Of a stretch of DNA of 32,000 nt, positions 8,901-16,481 are shown in pieces (the stretch's first letter is position 1; each line of letters begins with the position of its first letter). Location: positions 450,001 through 482,000 of the forward strand of contig JASBSB010000007.1 in NCBI GenBank assembly GCA_030149205.1, given 5' to 3'. A program made the position numbers and the translations under genes. The notes beneath the pieces were generated by a model. That model saw only the letters and a list, made by a program, of their open reading frames with translations. It made no database searches and was not told the origin of the DNA. The DNA is from Candidatus Heimdallarchaeota archaeon (GTDB lineage: Archaea; Asgardarchaeota; Heimdallarchaeia; Heimdallarchaeales; Kariarchaeaceae).

Positions 8901-11645
8901 GTCAAAGCCAACAAAGAGGCACCAAATCTGAAGTATCCAATACTTGACGCCACAATCTCTACAACCGCAGGGATGAATAATTTAGTTCGTGAGATAATCC
9001 CAGTGGATGTAAACGCTGATGGTGTGGATGATATACTTTACAACACTCAGAATGGTGAACTAGTTGCAATTAACGGTAAGGACAACACACTCATCTATAA
9101 TGTGTTAAGTCCTTCACTGCCTCTAAGGTCAACGAGTCATGCAATATTTAACGATGTGAATCTTGTCCTTATCTCTCACAAGGCGACAGGAAAGGCAGAA
9201 TTTGTTGTTATGCCATATAACAACCTTCTGTATATCTACAAGTTGGATGGAACCTATGTGGGGTCCAAGATACTTGGTATCAATGGAACAGACTTCATTT
9301 CAGGGATACAGGCGATAAACTTAGATAACTCAGGTTTTGATGAGCTCGTTGTATCTGTCTCAAACGGAACAATCGTTGCCTATGATATGTCAAATCTTGT
9401 GGTTAGATTCTCTGTTCCCAGCAGTAAAAGCTTCATCACAAATGAATACATTGAGACCTTTAGAGTTGCCCACTATCTGAGTAATTCCAGCTTCAGTCTT
9501 GTAACAGTAACCAACAATGGTTTCTTTGAGATGTTTGACCTCACAACATTAACGTCTGTCTGGACAAAGCAAACAGCTGTCTCATTTGGTCGTATGGATG
9601 TGTCAACCTCTACCGACTGGAATGTCCTAAATGTGGGAGATTTCAATGGTGATGGGTTAGATGATTTGGCAGGAGGTCTTAATACCACAATCGTCCTCAA
9701 AGGTTCCAACGGTGACCAGCTCTGGAACCAAACTAACTCAAATCAAGTAATTCAAAGTGAGGCAATTGTTGAGGACATTAACGGAGATGGTATCGTCGAT
9801 TTTATCATCACCTATTACTCCTCTTTAACACCAAACGCTTTGATAATGAAAGCTGTCTCTGGATTAACAGGTACTGTGCTTTGGTCTTACCAACTTAAAG
9901 ATCAGGCTGGACTCGTGATTCCAGAATCATTTGTCTCATCTTTACTTGCCCCTGGTAAGAGGTTAATAACCGCTGGACTGTATGCCTTCGATTCCTATGG
10001 CTTAGTGAGTTCTGCAGAAACTGGACAGGTGATGCTTGGAGTCAAGAACCCCATTTCTCTGCTCAGTTCTGCACTTCTGGAGAAAGGTCAAGCAGAGCCA
10101 AAATTTGTCACTGGTGATCTCAATGGGACAGTCAGAATATACTCAATCTATGATGGTACCCCACCAGTCAACCGTGTAAAAACACCTCAGCTTCAAAAAA
10201 CACCATTCATCAGAGTGGGTTCTGATTTCACAGAGCGAACCAAATTCTTTGTACAGGATGTTTTTGGAGGAGATGGGATTGATGACATATTTGTGGTCGA
10301 TGATAATTACATTGGTGGTGCAGATACAAACAGACTCCTCAATGACCCAAGCTATAACACAGTTGAATGGTCTAAGGATCTCAAATTCAGTGGGAAGCTG
10401 TTAACTGCCATTCACGGTGACTTCAACAAGGATGGGAAAGCTGAAATTGTGGTAGCATTTGAAAATTACTGGATGTCCGTTGATATGAGAACTGGCTCAG
10501 TTCTCTGGAACAAAACACTTCCAATCAGCTCTGGGAATATTGCACTCTCAATGTCTTTACAGAATGCATCTCTCAACAAAAACTTGCCAGGAACCCAAAT
10601 TGCATTCTCTCTGGTTGAGAAAAACCCAACCTCAGGAGACAACATTACCTCCTTTGGGTATATTAACCCTGCTACAGGTGATCTATTGGATCTGTACTTC
10701 TTCACTGATTTCAAGAACCCCTCATTCACACTGGTTGATATTGACAAAGATGGATACGCTGAGTTTGTTGGAGCAATCAACCATCAGACAAACCCACTGG
10801 TAAACCGATATGTCATTTACCAGATTGACCAGGTAACTGGAAAGTTCATCATCATCAAAGATGCATACGTAACAGGATATCCTCCCATCAGTCAAGTCAT
10901 TGGTGGTGAGTTTGATCTGAGTAACACCAAAAGAGAGTTCACATTCGTTTTTGACTACTCTAGAATCAAAATTCCATTCCCAATGTATGATTTCTCAAGA
11001 GTTCCATCCATCATGTTTACTCTCACAGCAGACCTGACCACCAAGGTGCTTCAGGCAACCAACAACACCATTGGTGTGGCACCCTTTGGTGGTGAAGCCC
11101 GACGCTATATGCTGACTGATTACAACAAGGATGGACTTAATGAGGTTATCATTCAGACCGGATTTGGAGACCTTTATCAGATACAATATGGCAATTCTGG
11201 AATTTACATCAAAACTGGTGGAAAAATTGCAAGTGTGGCAGTGCCCTACGCAGAGACACCTTTCCTTGTTGGAAATTTCTTTGCTGGTGTATCCAATGCA
11301 ATGGCTGTGGTCATAAGTAGCGATGCAATGTCTCTCTATGATAATGCGAAACTTGACCCAACTGCAACGCCAAAGGGAAGTGTGGTATTAGCGATTGACA
11401 CTATTCAGGATATCATCCCTGGGCACTATGACAAAGATACTATTACCGATATAATGGTGATCAGTAAGGCTGGATATGTGTGGGTGGTAAACTCAGTTAA
11501 CCTCAGTCCACTTCAGCTAAACGAAAAAGGCATAGTAAAACCTGAACAGCAAAGCACAGTAACAGACAGAGTTGAAGTCATACCTGGGTTAATGCTTACT
11601 ATCTTTGTGATGATCATTATCCTGAGAAGAAAAAAGAAGAACTAG
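2922..11645 (+). CDS. Giant (~2,900 aa) secreted FG-GAP/VCBS-repeat multi-beta-propeller surface protein with C-terminal membrane anchor
   Basis: Signal peptide MKKFTISILSVILLLMLVSNPLVSIHG; ATG 2922 is preferred over GTG 2913 because GTGA lies 5 nt upstream. More than 20 D-x-[DN]-x-[DN]-G-x-x-[DE]-hydrophobic repeats (e.g. DLDNDGYRELLIA, DFDNDGDLDLILS, DFNGDGLDDLAGG), two Asp-boxes, and C-terminus VIPGLMLTIFVMIIILRRKKKN. Confidence 0.85.
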   Translation: MKKFTISILSVILLLMLVSNPLVSIHGLSSSDVTSKPELTPLKDWKDGIVKDNGTNLNPNGVYDQNTDLGKFLSDQKSTFDKKWDPWLTQGAVHAVASTADGDMMAIATGYLYDNQIHVYRYNHKTLQYDHVWEVGGGVFQSDVFTLDFADTDYNNLTEIIAGGNDGRIYVFEQRHLYDPVTNMENMFDLVWTSPRLGRIFSVTVDDTDMDFRKDIVIGTGDTVRWYEYDNHSNYPFTKDHWMTFREVSTFKANSQITALGVSDVNSNGLKEVAVGQKSGEIQLLENAGVVIPINGKKFPYYQDNTYRQIWSSNNTLRRGISSMSGGDLDNDGYRELLIAVQGQGAYVLDQLDGQLGTYRIERPFAPWESNMTAFYSLDYYIDSMVNSSSMFNGTWLPLASANVYYKNITNSYQEPFNISKYVYDNYPYNSETVRVPDNKYTTLDGTKVPGKAAWAVYDFGHDEEAAGNGVPTQYDLSILLHSTSTAVNPTDIEISISADNVNFHKIDSKYIKFNSSVPLNTYYRAFNVEVDPTLINASLDYYRYINITVFSKKLVIDSMKTLSINNPIYDAQSTEVGPLLFKGETVAEKAGFIGTIDGTILAVTWNPTMKRYTISWDSWVNERFKLKKNIFDMELVHKSGRFPSIIGNKFLASIADFTSGLINPFNGFTEKVVSYSAENFYNYQQEPRAEFVISTDSGRLLIYRQQADNSPLVLDKALSKQMFDTPMVYSSKLANNLTTVMQYINQRKALANGPKYFTVSFVPLENGIMDGFLGTQLNIINTPFLMLLGEWTGSLGDLQAQLTGVPDSPVQNNDLTMWYVYNFPLGNAACDPALEQCTTVVPYMNDRTNAPYSLKDLDLTGQMLGYFRQSSWMPKIAGGDFIGSSSKDLVLTNGKLMLLEVSYSADPNYIPTKPKNQFVAGPSVWGSFSPTSQIIYTANPSYFSQINEMSNGRQWTNPYPVDFDNDGDLDLILSFARYDTTTFTVDLKKYGMTYFENAGTRNNPIWIERKKAVTNNDPDSNLRVNLYTDPVFINDNYDLKFGYYPTVGYHPYFKTGLPSRLVMFNLPSISAGVFDGKLNSFKLNYEPGTSLMVATYPETKRLDINLMDYNMGLLGQTNFGYHIFESWNNGRELNNWTLSLSTADMDQDGKNEVIVGDFNNNAYVFEHLTNNTYKRAYKTPDINRTVVTDQSPYASNLFTGISGNFNRTIFNHATFTMAGVDLNNNTLQEFIIATDSVLYVFESYLTRAGRIRDDSYRLIAQIDLYSLPALSRMDRSLIKVSSLTWANDITNDGNRELVVAVGPALLIFDIQSLNHDTSLAFVKQVFMNRLDSNLFNWNEIFFKDTYNATGKYNMPGNYLISLNQVISSVLVEDINKNGKMNIVIAGKDLDTAKPIRDGFIRIYEWTGVNFDQIIAPEVFKKTTQFNMITDLETDDADHDGLTELIIGHQNGIDIYEVTGSNTVEYRETITSNPHYQVPKHNYLGLGRTPTTFTNAKDVVLLSNGTLLMAYVVQVTKGNFEIRVAGSNDDGATWIQYGAITYSGTASASYPGALVAIESIDLLIKGGLLWLSFAERRSDTPTTDVAVFYVIRNLQFKTSNTAYFVSATSVTRNSEQSASPQMFNFPNASTTEVGFVYFNFQNSSLWFLRADTAYAGIFGTYFSASTRVLWANGSVLGEKFLVHSLSVYDQPRGNSLDFAFAGYPRNESLSLAVNLYYVSVDIFRASSWMFNFTKQPTKVLQGNLPIKFPSIIRMQDTGALLISFEQLSLKPFGGLYAAWSNDLGTSWNGPYSMTHPYGLDLPLLTALPTPSKESYRVGTYDGRIMLDFFDVRRPVLVPTKGSGFTQVYNVYFTTNLRREGSIGYCASYTFNFGDIAQTISGTCDPYSGTSRVLASFHNPWSNFTTYSLRGVTDLTVGDTDNDGRHEILALSGNQAYLYEFAHNSKTFIRHVETWISDPYDQQLRKGAISDANGNGIPEIILETARGVVNSFELVKANKEAPNLKYPILDATISTTAGMNNLVREIIPVDVNADGVDDILYNTQNGELVAINGKDNTLIYNVLSPSLPLRSTSHAIFNDVNLVLISHKATGKAEFVVMPYNNLLYIYKLDGTYVGSKILGINGTDFISGIQAINLDNSGFDELVVSVSNGTIVAYDMSNLVVRFSVPSSKSFITNEYIETFRVAHYLSNSSFSLVTVTNNGFFEMFDLTTLTSVWTKQTAVSFGRMDVSTSTDWNVLNVGDFNGDGLDDLAGGLNTTIVLKGSNGDQLWNQTNSNQVIQSEAIVEDINGDGIVDFIITYYSSLTPNALIMKAVSGLTGTVLWSYQLKDQAGLVIPESFVSSLLAPGKRLITAGLYAFDSYGLVSSAETGQVMLGVKNPISLLSSALLEKGQAEPKFVTGDLNGTVRIYSIYDGTPPVNRVKTPQLQKTPFIRVGSDFTERTKFFVQDVFGGDGIDDIFVVDDNYIGGADTNRLLNDPSYNTVEWSKDLKFSGKLLTAIHGDFNKDGKAEIVVAFENYWMSVDMRTGSVLWNKTLPISSGNIALSMSLQNASLNKNLPGTQIAFSLVEKNPTSGDNITSFGYINPATGDLLDLYFFTDFKNPSFTLVDIDKDGYAEFVGAINHQTNPLVNRYVIYQIDQVTGKFIIIKDAYVTGYPPISQVIGGEFDLSNTKREFTFVFDYSRIKIPFPMYDFSRVPSIMFTLTADLTTKVLQATNNTIGVAPFGGEARRYMLTDYNKDGLNEVIIQTGFGDLYQIQYGNSGIYIKTGGKIASVAVPYAETPFLVGNFFAGVSNAMAVVISSDAMSLYDNAKLDPTATPKGSVVLAIDTIQDIIPGHYDKDTITDIMVISKAGYVWVVNSVNLSPLQLNEKGIVKPEQQSTVTDRVEVIPGLMLTIFVMIIILRRKKKN

Positions 11646-11732
11646 TTAAATTAATCAATCCAAGATCTTTACAAATTATAAAAATTTAAACAAACAAATA
11701 ATTAACAACAAATAAGATATTTCACAGTAAAA

Positions 11733-11740
11733 TTTTAATA
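11733..11740 (+). promoter_or_regulatory. Candidate TATA box for the beta-helix gene
   Basis: TTTTAATA about 26 nt upstream of ATG 11766, preceded by A-rich sequence. The AT-rich context weakens the call. Confidence 0.3.
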
Positions 11741-11765
11741 CGGTAAAAATTAACATATATGTACT

Positions 11766-14264
11766 ATGACTAATGGTAAGAGTATATCAACTCTGTTATT
11801 TATCTCATTGTTTTCTCTACTAATTTTGTCTAATCTGACAAATGCAAATAGTGTAACATTGACTTCAGAGGATTTAAGTGAATTAAAAAGTTTTAGAGGG
11901 GATACTTCACTAACTAAGATGGCAAAATCCCCCGTATACCCTTCTTTAACACCTCAGGCTTTGACTTCGATATCAGTCACAAAAGATTCTGATCTTTCAA
12001 CTTTTCCTGGTTCAGGAACTGTCCTTGATCCCTATAGGATCGAAAATAAGGCTGATGTATCTATTTCCATAGGGAACACTCGTTCTTATTTTGTTGTTCA
12101 AAATGTGCGAACCACAGCATCAATTTCGATGTACAATGTTAGTAATGCAATTGTACGAAACGTTACAACATCCGGTTTCAGTCTCACGATGGGGATAAGC
12201 AACACTTTGATTGAGAATAACACCATTTCGGCTGGATATGATGCTTTAACCTTAAATGGGGGTTTAAACACGATAATCAATAATAATAGTTTTAGCCTAC
12301 CTATAATTGGTGCTTCTTCAGGGATTAAAGTTGATGCAAGCAAAAATATCATCATTTCTAATAATTCGATTAATGGAGCTATCGGAATTAATATAGGTTC
12401 AAATTCCGAAAATATCACTATCGCTGACAATCAGATACAAAATGCATCTCGAAATGGGATTCAGATGGGTCCATTGTTCTCTAGTATTGTCAGCATTACG
12501 AACATCACCTTGAAATCAAACAATATTAGCAATTCTGGTTACAGCGGAGTCTGGATTGGATACGTAAGTAATGTGACTTTAATTGGTAATTATATCAAAG
12601 ATTCAGTACAGGCATCGCTCTCCCTCTATTCGTCATCTAACGTAACTCTACTTACAAATAAATTTGTTAATGGGACGTTTCTATTTGACATGTCCTCCCT
12701 AAAAAATTTTAAGTTATTTGGAAACACTATGGATGGATTCCCTATGGTTTTTCTAAATAATGCAAATAATTCTATAATTAATACACAAAATTCATTCTTG
12801 TTCATTGTTAATTCAACAAATATTCTTGTTAAAAATTCTATTCAATCAATAATCAAATTTTACTCGTCACAGAATATCACGATAATCAATAATTTGCAGA
12901 TAGATTCGCTTGAAGTTTACAACTCTAAGAACCTTACTGTCACACAGAACGTTTTTTCTTCAATTGGTGATGTAATAATTCAAGGGACCTCTCACGGGTT
13001 CATCTCTAATAACACCTTTTCAACGGGTAAAGCTACATCGATTTTTCTGCAAGACGGAGACACCTTTACACTTTCTCATAATTCGTTCCAAGGAGGTTTA
13101 TCTGGAACAAGTCTCAATAATGTGTCTTCAAGCACAATTAAAGGAAATTTATACAAAAACTTTGCATCTACAGCTTTAGTGGTACAATCCTCAACAAACA
13201 ACACCATAGCTGACAATTCATTTTTCAATACGTCGACAGGCATAAGTTTAACCCACACGACAACCAATCTTATATCAAATAACAGTCTAAATCTTTTCGG
13301 CACTGGTATCTCTCTTTCCACTTCAGGGAAGAATAATATTACTAAGAACAACCTTCAAAATTCTAACAATGACGGAATTTATCTCTACGCTTCAGATGGA
13401 GTAAGGGTATTAAAAAACACAATCTCAAAAACAAGCACAGGAATTAACGAATTTGGGTCTAAAAACCTGTTAATTCAACAGAATCATATCAAAGATTCAA
13501 CCTTATATGGGTTGTTTCTTTATTCAGTAAGTGTTAGTCAGGTCAAAGAAAATACCATAACAAGCAGTAAATTATATGCAATAAAATTAGGTTCAAGCTC
13601 ATATCTAAATGAAATCTCCTCCAATAATTTCTTAGGTAATAATGTTGGAGGCACACAGGCTATAGATGATGGAACTGAAAACCACTTTATTGGAAATTAC
13701 TGGAGCGATTGGATATCTCCAGATGCTAATCATGATCGAATTGTAGACTCACCTTATATTATAGATGGGACTGCTAAATCTAATGACTCTTCTCCTTCAG
13801 TGTACTTTATTCCCACCTATGATTATCAGGCACCAGTTATCACAGCAGCACAATCGTCAATCAATATGACTGAGGGAGATAACACAAAAGCAGTTATTTG
13901 GACAATTGGAGATAAGCATCCTGCAACCTTCTTGATAATTATTGATGGAGTAATTTCTGGAAATCGTACTTGGACTAATACAACCGTACAATTTTTCTTA
14001 TCAGGGGAAATGCCTGGGTTTCATAACTATACTATCGTGGTTTGGGATGAATTTGGGAATTTTGCCAGTAACACAGTATTTGTAACGATTAATGCAAAAC
14101 CAACACCTGTGTCATCTATTGCTACAACATCTGTAACACCAACACCAACACCTCCATTAACATCACCAGGATCACCTATTCCATTGCCAAATCTTTGGGT
14201 GATCATTTCCGGTATGATATCTATAGCTCTAATAATTCGAATTAAAAAGCACAGGATAAAGTAA
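11766..14264 (+). CDS. Secreted right-handed parallel beta-helix (NosD/CASH/PbH1-like) protein with Ig-like domain, Thr/Pro linker and membrane anchor
   Basis: Signal peptide; GSGTVLDPYRIEN motif; many I.L..S.N..I..N.I repeats; GNYWSDW...D motif typical of the end of NosD-like helices; PTP linker, then a hydrophobic segment and RIKKHRIK. Confidence 0.8.
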   Translation: MTNGKSISTLLFISLFSLLILSNLTNANSVTLTSEDLSELKSFRGDTSLTKMAKSPVYPSLTPQALTSISVTKDSDLSTFPGSGTVLDPYRIENKADVSISIGNTRSYFVVQNVRTTASISMYNVSNAIVRNVTTSGFSLTMGISNTLIENNTISAGYDALTLNGGLNTIINNNSFSLPIIGASSGIKVDASKNIIISNNSINGAIGINIGSNSENITIADNQIQNASRNGIQMGPLFSSIVSITNITLKSNNISNSGYSGVWIGYVSNVTLIGNYIKDSVQASLSLYSSSNVTLLTNKFVNGTFLFDMSSLKNFKLFGNTMDGFPMVFLNNANNSIINTQNSFLFIVNSTNILVKNSIQSIIKFYSSQNITIINNLQIDSLEVYNSKNLTVTQNVFSSIGDVIIQGTSHGFISNNTFSTGKATSIFLQDGDTFTLSHNSFQGGLSGTSLNNVSSSTIKGNLYKNFASTALVVQSSTNNTIADNSFFNTSTGISLTHTTTNLISNNSLNLFGTGISLSTSGKNNITKNNLQNSNNDGIYLYASDGVRVLKNTISKTSTGINEFGSKNLLIQQNHIKDSTLYGLFLYSVSVSQVKENTITSSKLYAIKLGSSSYLNEISSNNFLGNNVGGTQAIDDGTENHFIGNYWSDWISPDANHDRIVDSPYIIDGTAKSNDSSPSVYFIPTYDYQAPVITAAQSSINMTEGDNTKAVIWTIGDKHPATFLIIIDGVISGNRTWTNTTVQFFLSGEMPGFHNYTIVVWDEFGNFASNTVFVTINAKPTPVSSIATTSVTPTPTPPLTSPGSPIPLPNLWVIISGMISIALIIRIKKHRIK

Positions 14265-14727
14265 ATATTACCCTCATTTACAACTTGAGTTAAATTAAAT
14301 CGTAATTTACCCCTATTTTTTATAATCAATGATACAGTGGTCTAAATTATTCTATAGAATTTTTTCTAAGCAGATGAATGAAAAAAGTAATCCTCTACAA
14401 AATATTAATTCAATAAAGTAGAAAGCATATTTTAAATGATTTTTCCAATTCTTTTCTAAGTCCTCTAATTCTTATCGCTACCTCTTCTGCAGATAAATTT
14501 TTAATTATTTATTGGTGTGTCGTTCTGATTATCATCTTCATTTTCTATTTGATCAGTATAGGCTGAGTTTCAATAGGATTGGGAAAGGTGTTATTAATCA
14601 ATGATGGTTGGTAAACACTTCCATAAAACCAGAGGTAATCATATTGGACTGTGTAAGTGCAATTCAAAATACTTTCGATTTTTATTTTTGCAATTTGAAT
14701 ACTTTCTTTTCCTCTATACTCGACACT

Positions 14728-14742
14728 GAAAAAGTTATAAAA
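14728..14742 (+). promoter_or_regulatory. BRE-TATA promoter of the secreted EEP gene
   Basis: GAAAAAG followed by TTATAAAA (14735-14742), about 21-28 nt upstream of ATG 14763, consistent with a leaderless archaeal transcript. Confidence 0.5.
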
Positions 14743-14762
14743 CCACAGAAAAGCCAAATACA

Positions 14763-16412
14763 ATGAGCTTTAGACGTTCTCGAACAATCTTGATTTTTAG
14801 TCTATTAATTTTTAGTCTAATTCAAGTCACAGCTGTAAAATCTTTACCTGGGTCTACTCCGGATATTCAGCCTCAGGTACAAGTTGAGACAGTTAAAATC
14901 ATGGCATACAATATCCTTGAGTCAGGAAAACACATTGAATGGAAAGAAGTAGTTAAACAAGCAAATCCAGACATCTTGATTGCAGTTGAGACTGGTGGGT
15001 GGAATGGTCCAACCGATCCTACACTTCGAACCATAAAAGATGAGTTTAACACCTATTTCTCCTCAGAAAAGCCTTATGAGGTCTGGGCGACAAATAACAA
15101 TCCATCAACAACTGCTGGGGAGGCAATCTTCAGCAGGTACCCCATTTTAAATGGGACAACCATAGTTGATGTTACATTAGACAATGGTGGAATTAAGAAG
15201 GCACATAATCCGTTTATGGATGCAGTGGTGAATATCAGCGGGATAGTAACACATGTCTTCGGGGTACATCTTAAATGTTGTTCCAGTACATCTGGTCTTG
15301 AACAGGTCAACAGAGAGCAAGACACAGAAGGAATATTGAACTATATGGACAACCTCGGTAATGTTCCAATAATCTATGCTGGAGATTTGAATTCCTTTTC
15401 TCCAGTTGATGTCAAACTCTGGCATGAAGACACAGGTCTTGGCTATGGGCCTATGGAGATGATGTTAAACAGCTCATCACCTTATGCTTCAAAAACACAT
15501 ACCTTTTACGATATGTATCGGGAGCTCAACCCATATGATAGGGGATACACCTATGTTGACAAGTTTTATAATAGCAGAATAGATTACATTGTCCTCAATC
15601 AGTACTTTAAAGATATGCTCGTGAATTCCACGGTCATAGATGATGCATTGGCTCAGAAAGGTTCAGATCATTTTCCACTGGATGGGTTCCTCAATCTACA
15701 GCCAACTCTTAAGGATCTTCGCCCACCAGCTCGGATATATAACACCACAGGGGTACTCGGAACCAATTCGTTTAATCTAACGTGGGATCCAAGTCCTGCA
15801 GTTGATTTTGTTGGTTATCGGGTCTATAGAAACTCAACGATGATTAAGACCACAACGGTGGCGCATTTTAATGATACAGGGTTACCTAGTAACACCCTTT
15901 ATGTTTATCAGGTCTCAGCATATGACAACTCCAGTAATGAGGGATTAAAGTCTCATTCGCTCTATGTCAATACATCTTACGGGATACTTACTTCACCTGG
16001 GGCTCCATTGAATGTGACAATAACAGTCGGTGAGAATCAGTTGAAGGTTAGGTGGAATCCACCAAATTCAGATGGTGGGACTTCAGTAATAAAGTACAAT
16101 GTGTACAGAACCACGAACCCCTCTTTTAAATACATACTCTGGGCATCGACTTCTGGCTTTTCCTATACTGATACTCGAACCATCTCAAATTTTGTCTATT
16201 ACTACAAAGTAAAGGCAGTAAATTTCGTTGGAGAGGGTAATTTTTCAGCAGGTGTGTCTGGAAGACCACTTACACCAAATTCTACGGCTCCCTCTTCAAC
16301 CCCAACCCCAACACAAACTGTAGGAACATCCCCAATTCAGTTCACTGTGACCTTTACTAGTGTGTTTATCACTATATTTGTTTTGAAAAAGCAGAAGAAA
16401 ACGAGAATTTAG
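14763..16412 (+). CDS. Secreted endonuclease/exonuclease/phosphatase (EEP) family protein with two fibronectin type III domains and membrane anchor
   Basis: Signal peptide; EEP motifs MAYNI, PDILIAVE, GDLNS, SRIDYI, SDHFP; two FN3-like units (LTWDP...GYRVYR...YVYQVSAYD and VRWNPP..DGG...YNVYR...YYYKVKAVN); C-terminal hydrophobic segment and basic tail. Confidence 0.85.
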   Translation: MSFRRSRTILIFSLLIFSLIQVTAVKSLPGSTPDIQPQVQVETVKIMAYNILESGKHIEWKEVVKQANPDILIAVETGGWNGPTDPTLRTIKDEFNTYFSSEKPYEVWATNNNPSTTAGEAIFSRYPILNGTTIVDVTLDNGGIKKAHNPFMDAVVNISGIVTHVFGVHLKCCSSTSGLEQVNREQDTEGILNYMDNLGNVPIIYAGDLNSFSPVDVKLWHEDTGLGYGPMEMMLNSSSPYASKTHTFYDMYRELNPYDRGYTYVDKFYNSRIDYIVLNQYFKDMLVNSTVIDDALAQKGSDHFPLDGFLNLQPTLKDLRPPARIYNTTGVLGTNSFNLTWDPSPAVDFVGYRVYRNSTMIKTTTVAHFNDTGLPSNTLYVYQVSAYDNSSNEGLKSHSLYVNTSYGILTSPGAPLNVTITVGENQLKVRWNPPNSDGGTSVIKYNVYRTTNPSFKYILWASTSGFSYTDTRTISNFVYYYKVKAVNFVGEGNFSAGVSGRPLTPNSTAPSSTPTPTQTVGTSPIQFTVTFTSVFITIFVLKKQKKTRI

Positions 16413-16481
16413 TTTAAAATTACCTATAATGCTCTTATTGCATACAATAAGCCTTATAACATTCTTTGTGTTTGGTTTGTT

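Noticed and set aside
11895-11903. RGD tripeptide in the beta-helix protein next to an FG-GAP protein
   Set aside because: A single tripeptide is expected by chance, and no integrin beta/MIDAS partner is visible.
11646-14760. Lower GC around the beta-helix gene as a sign of a foreign island
   Set aside because: It is explained by Asn/Ile/Ser-rich codons and AT-rich spacers; no integrase, tRNA or flanking repeats were seen.
14409-14763. Possible small gene or pseudogene in the ~500-bp spacer (72-aa minus-strand ORF and a NLSAEEVAIRIRGLRKELEK fragment)
   Set aside because: The ORF overlaps the EEP promoter, the fragment lacks a start codon, and neither resembles a family I recognise.
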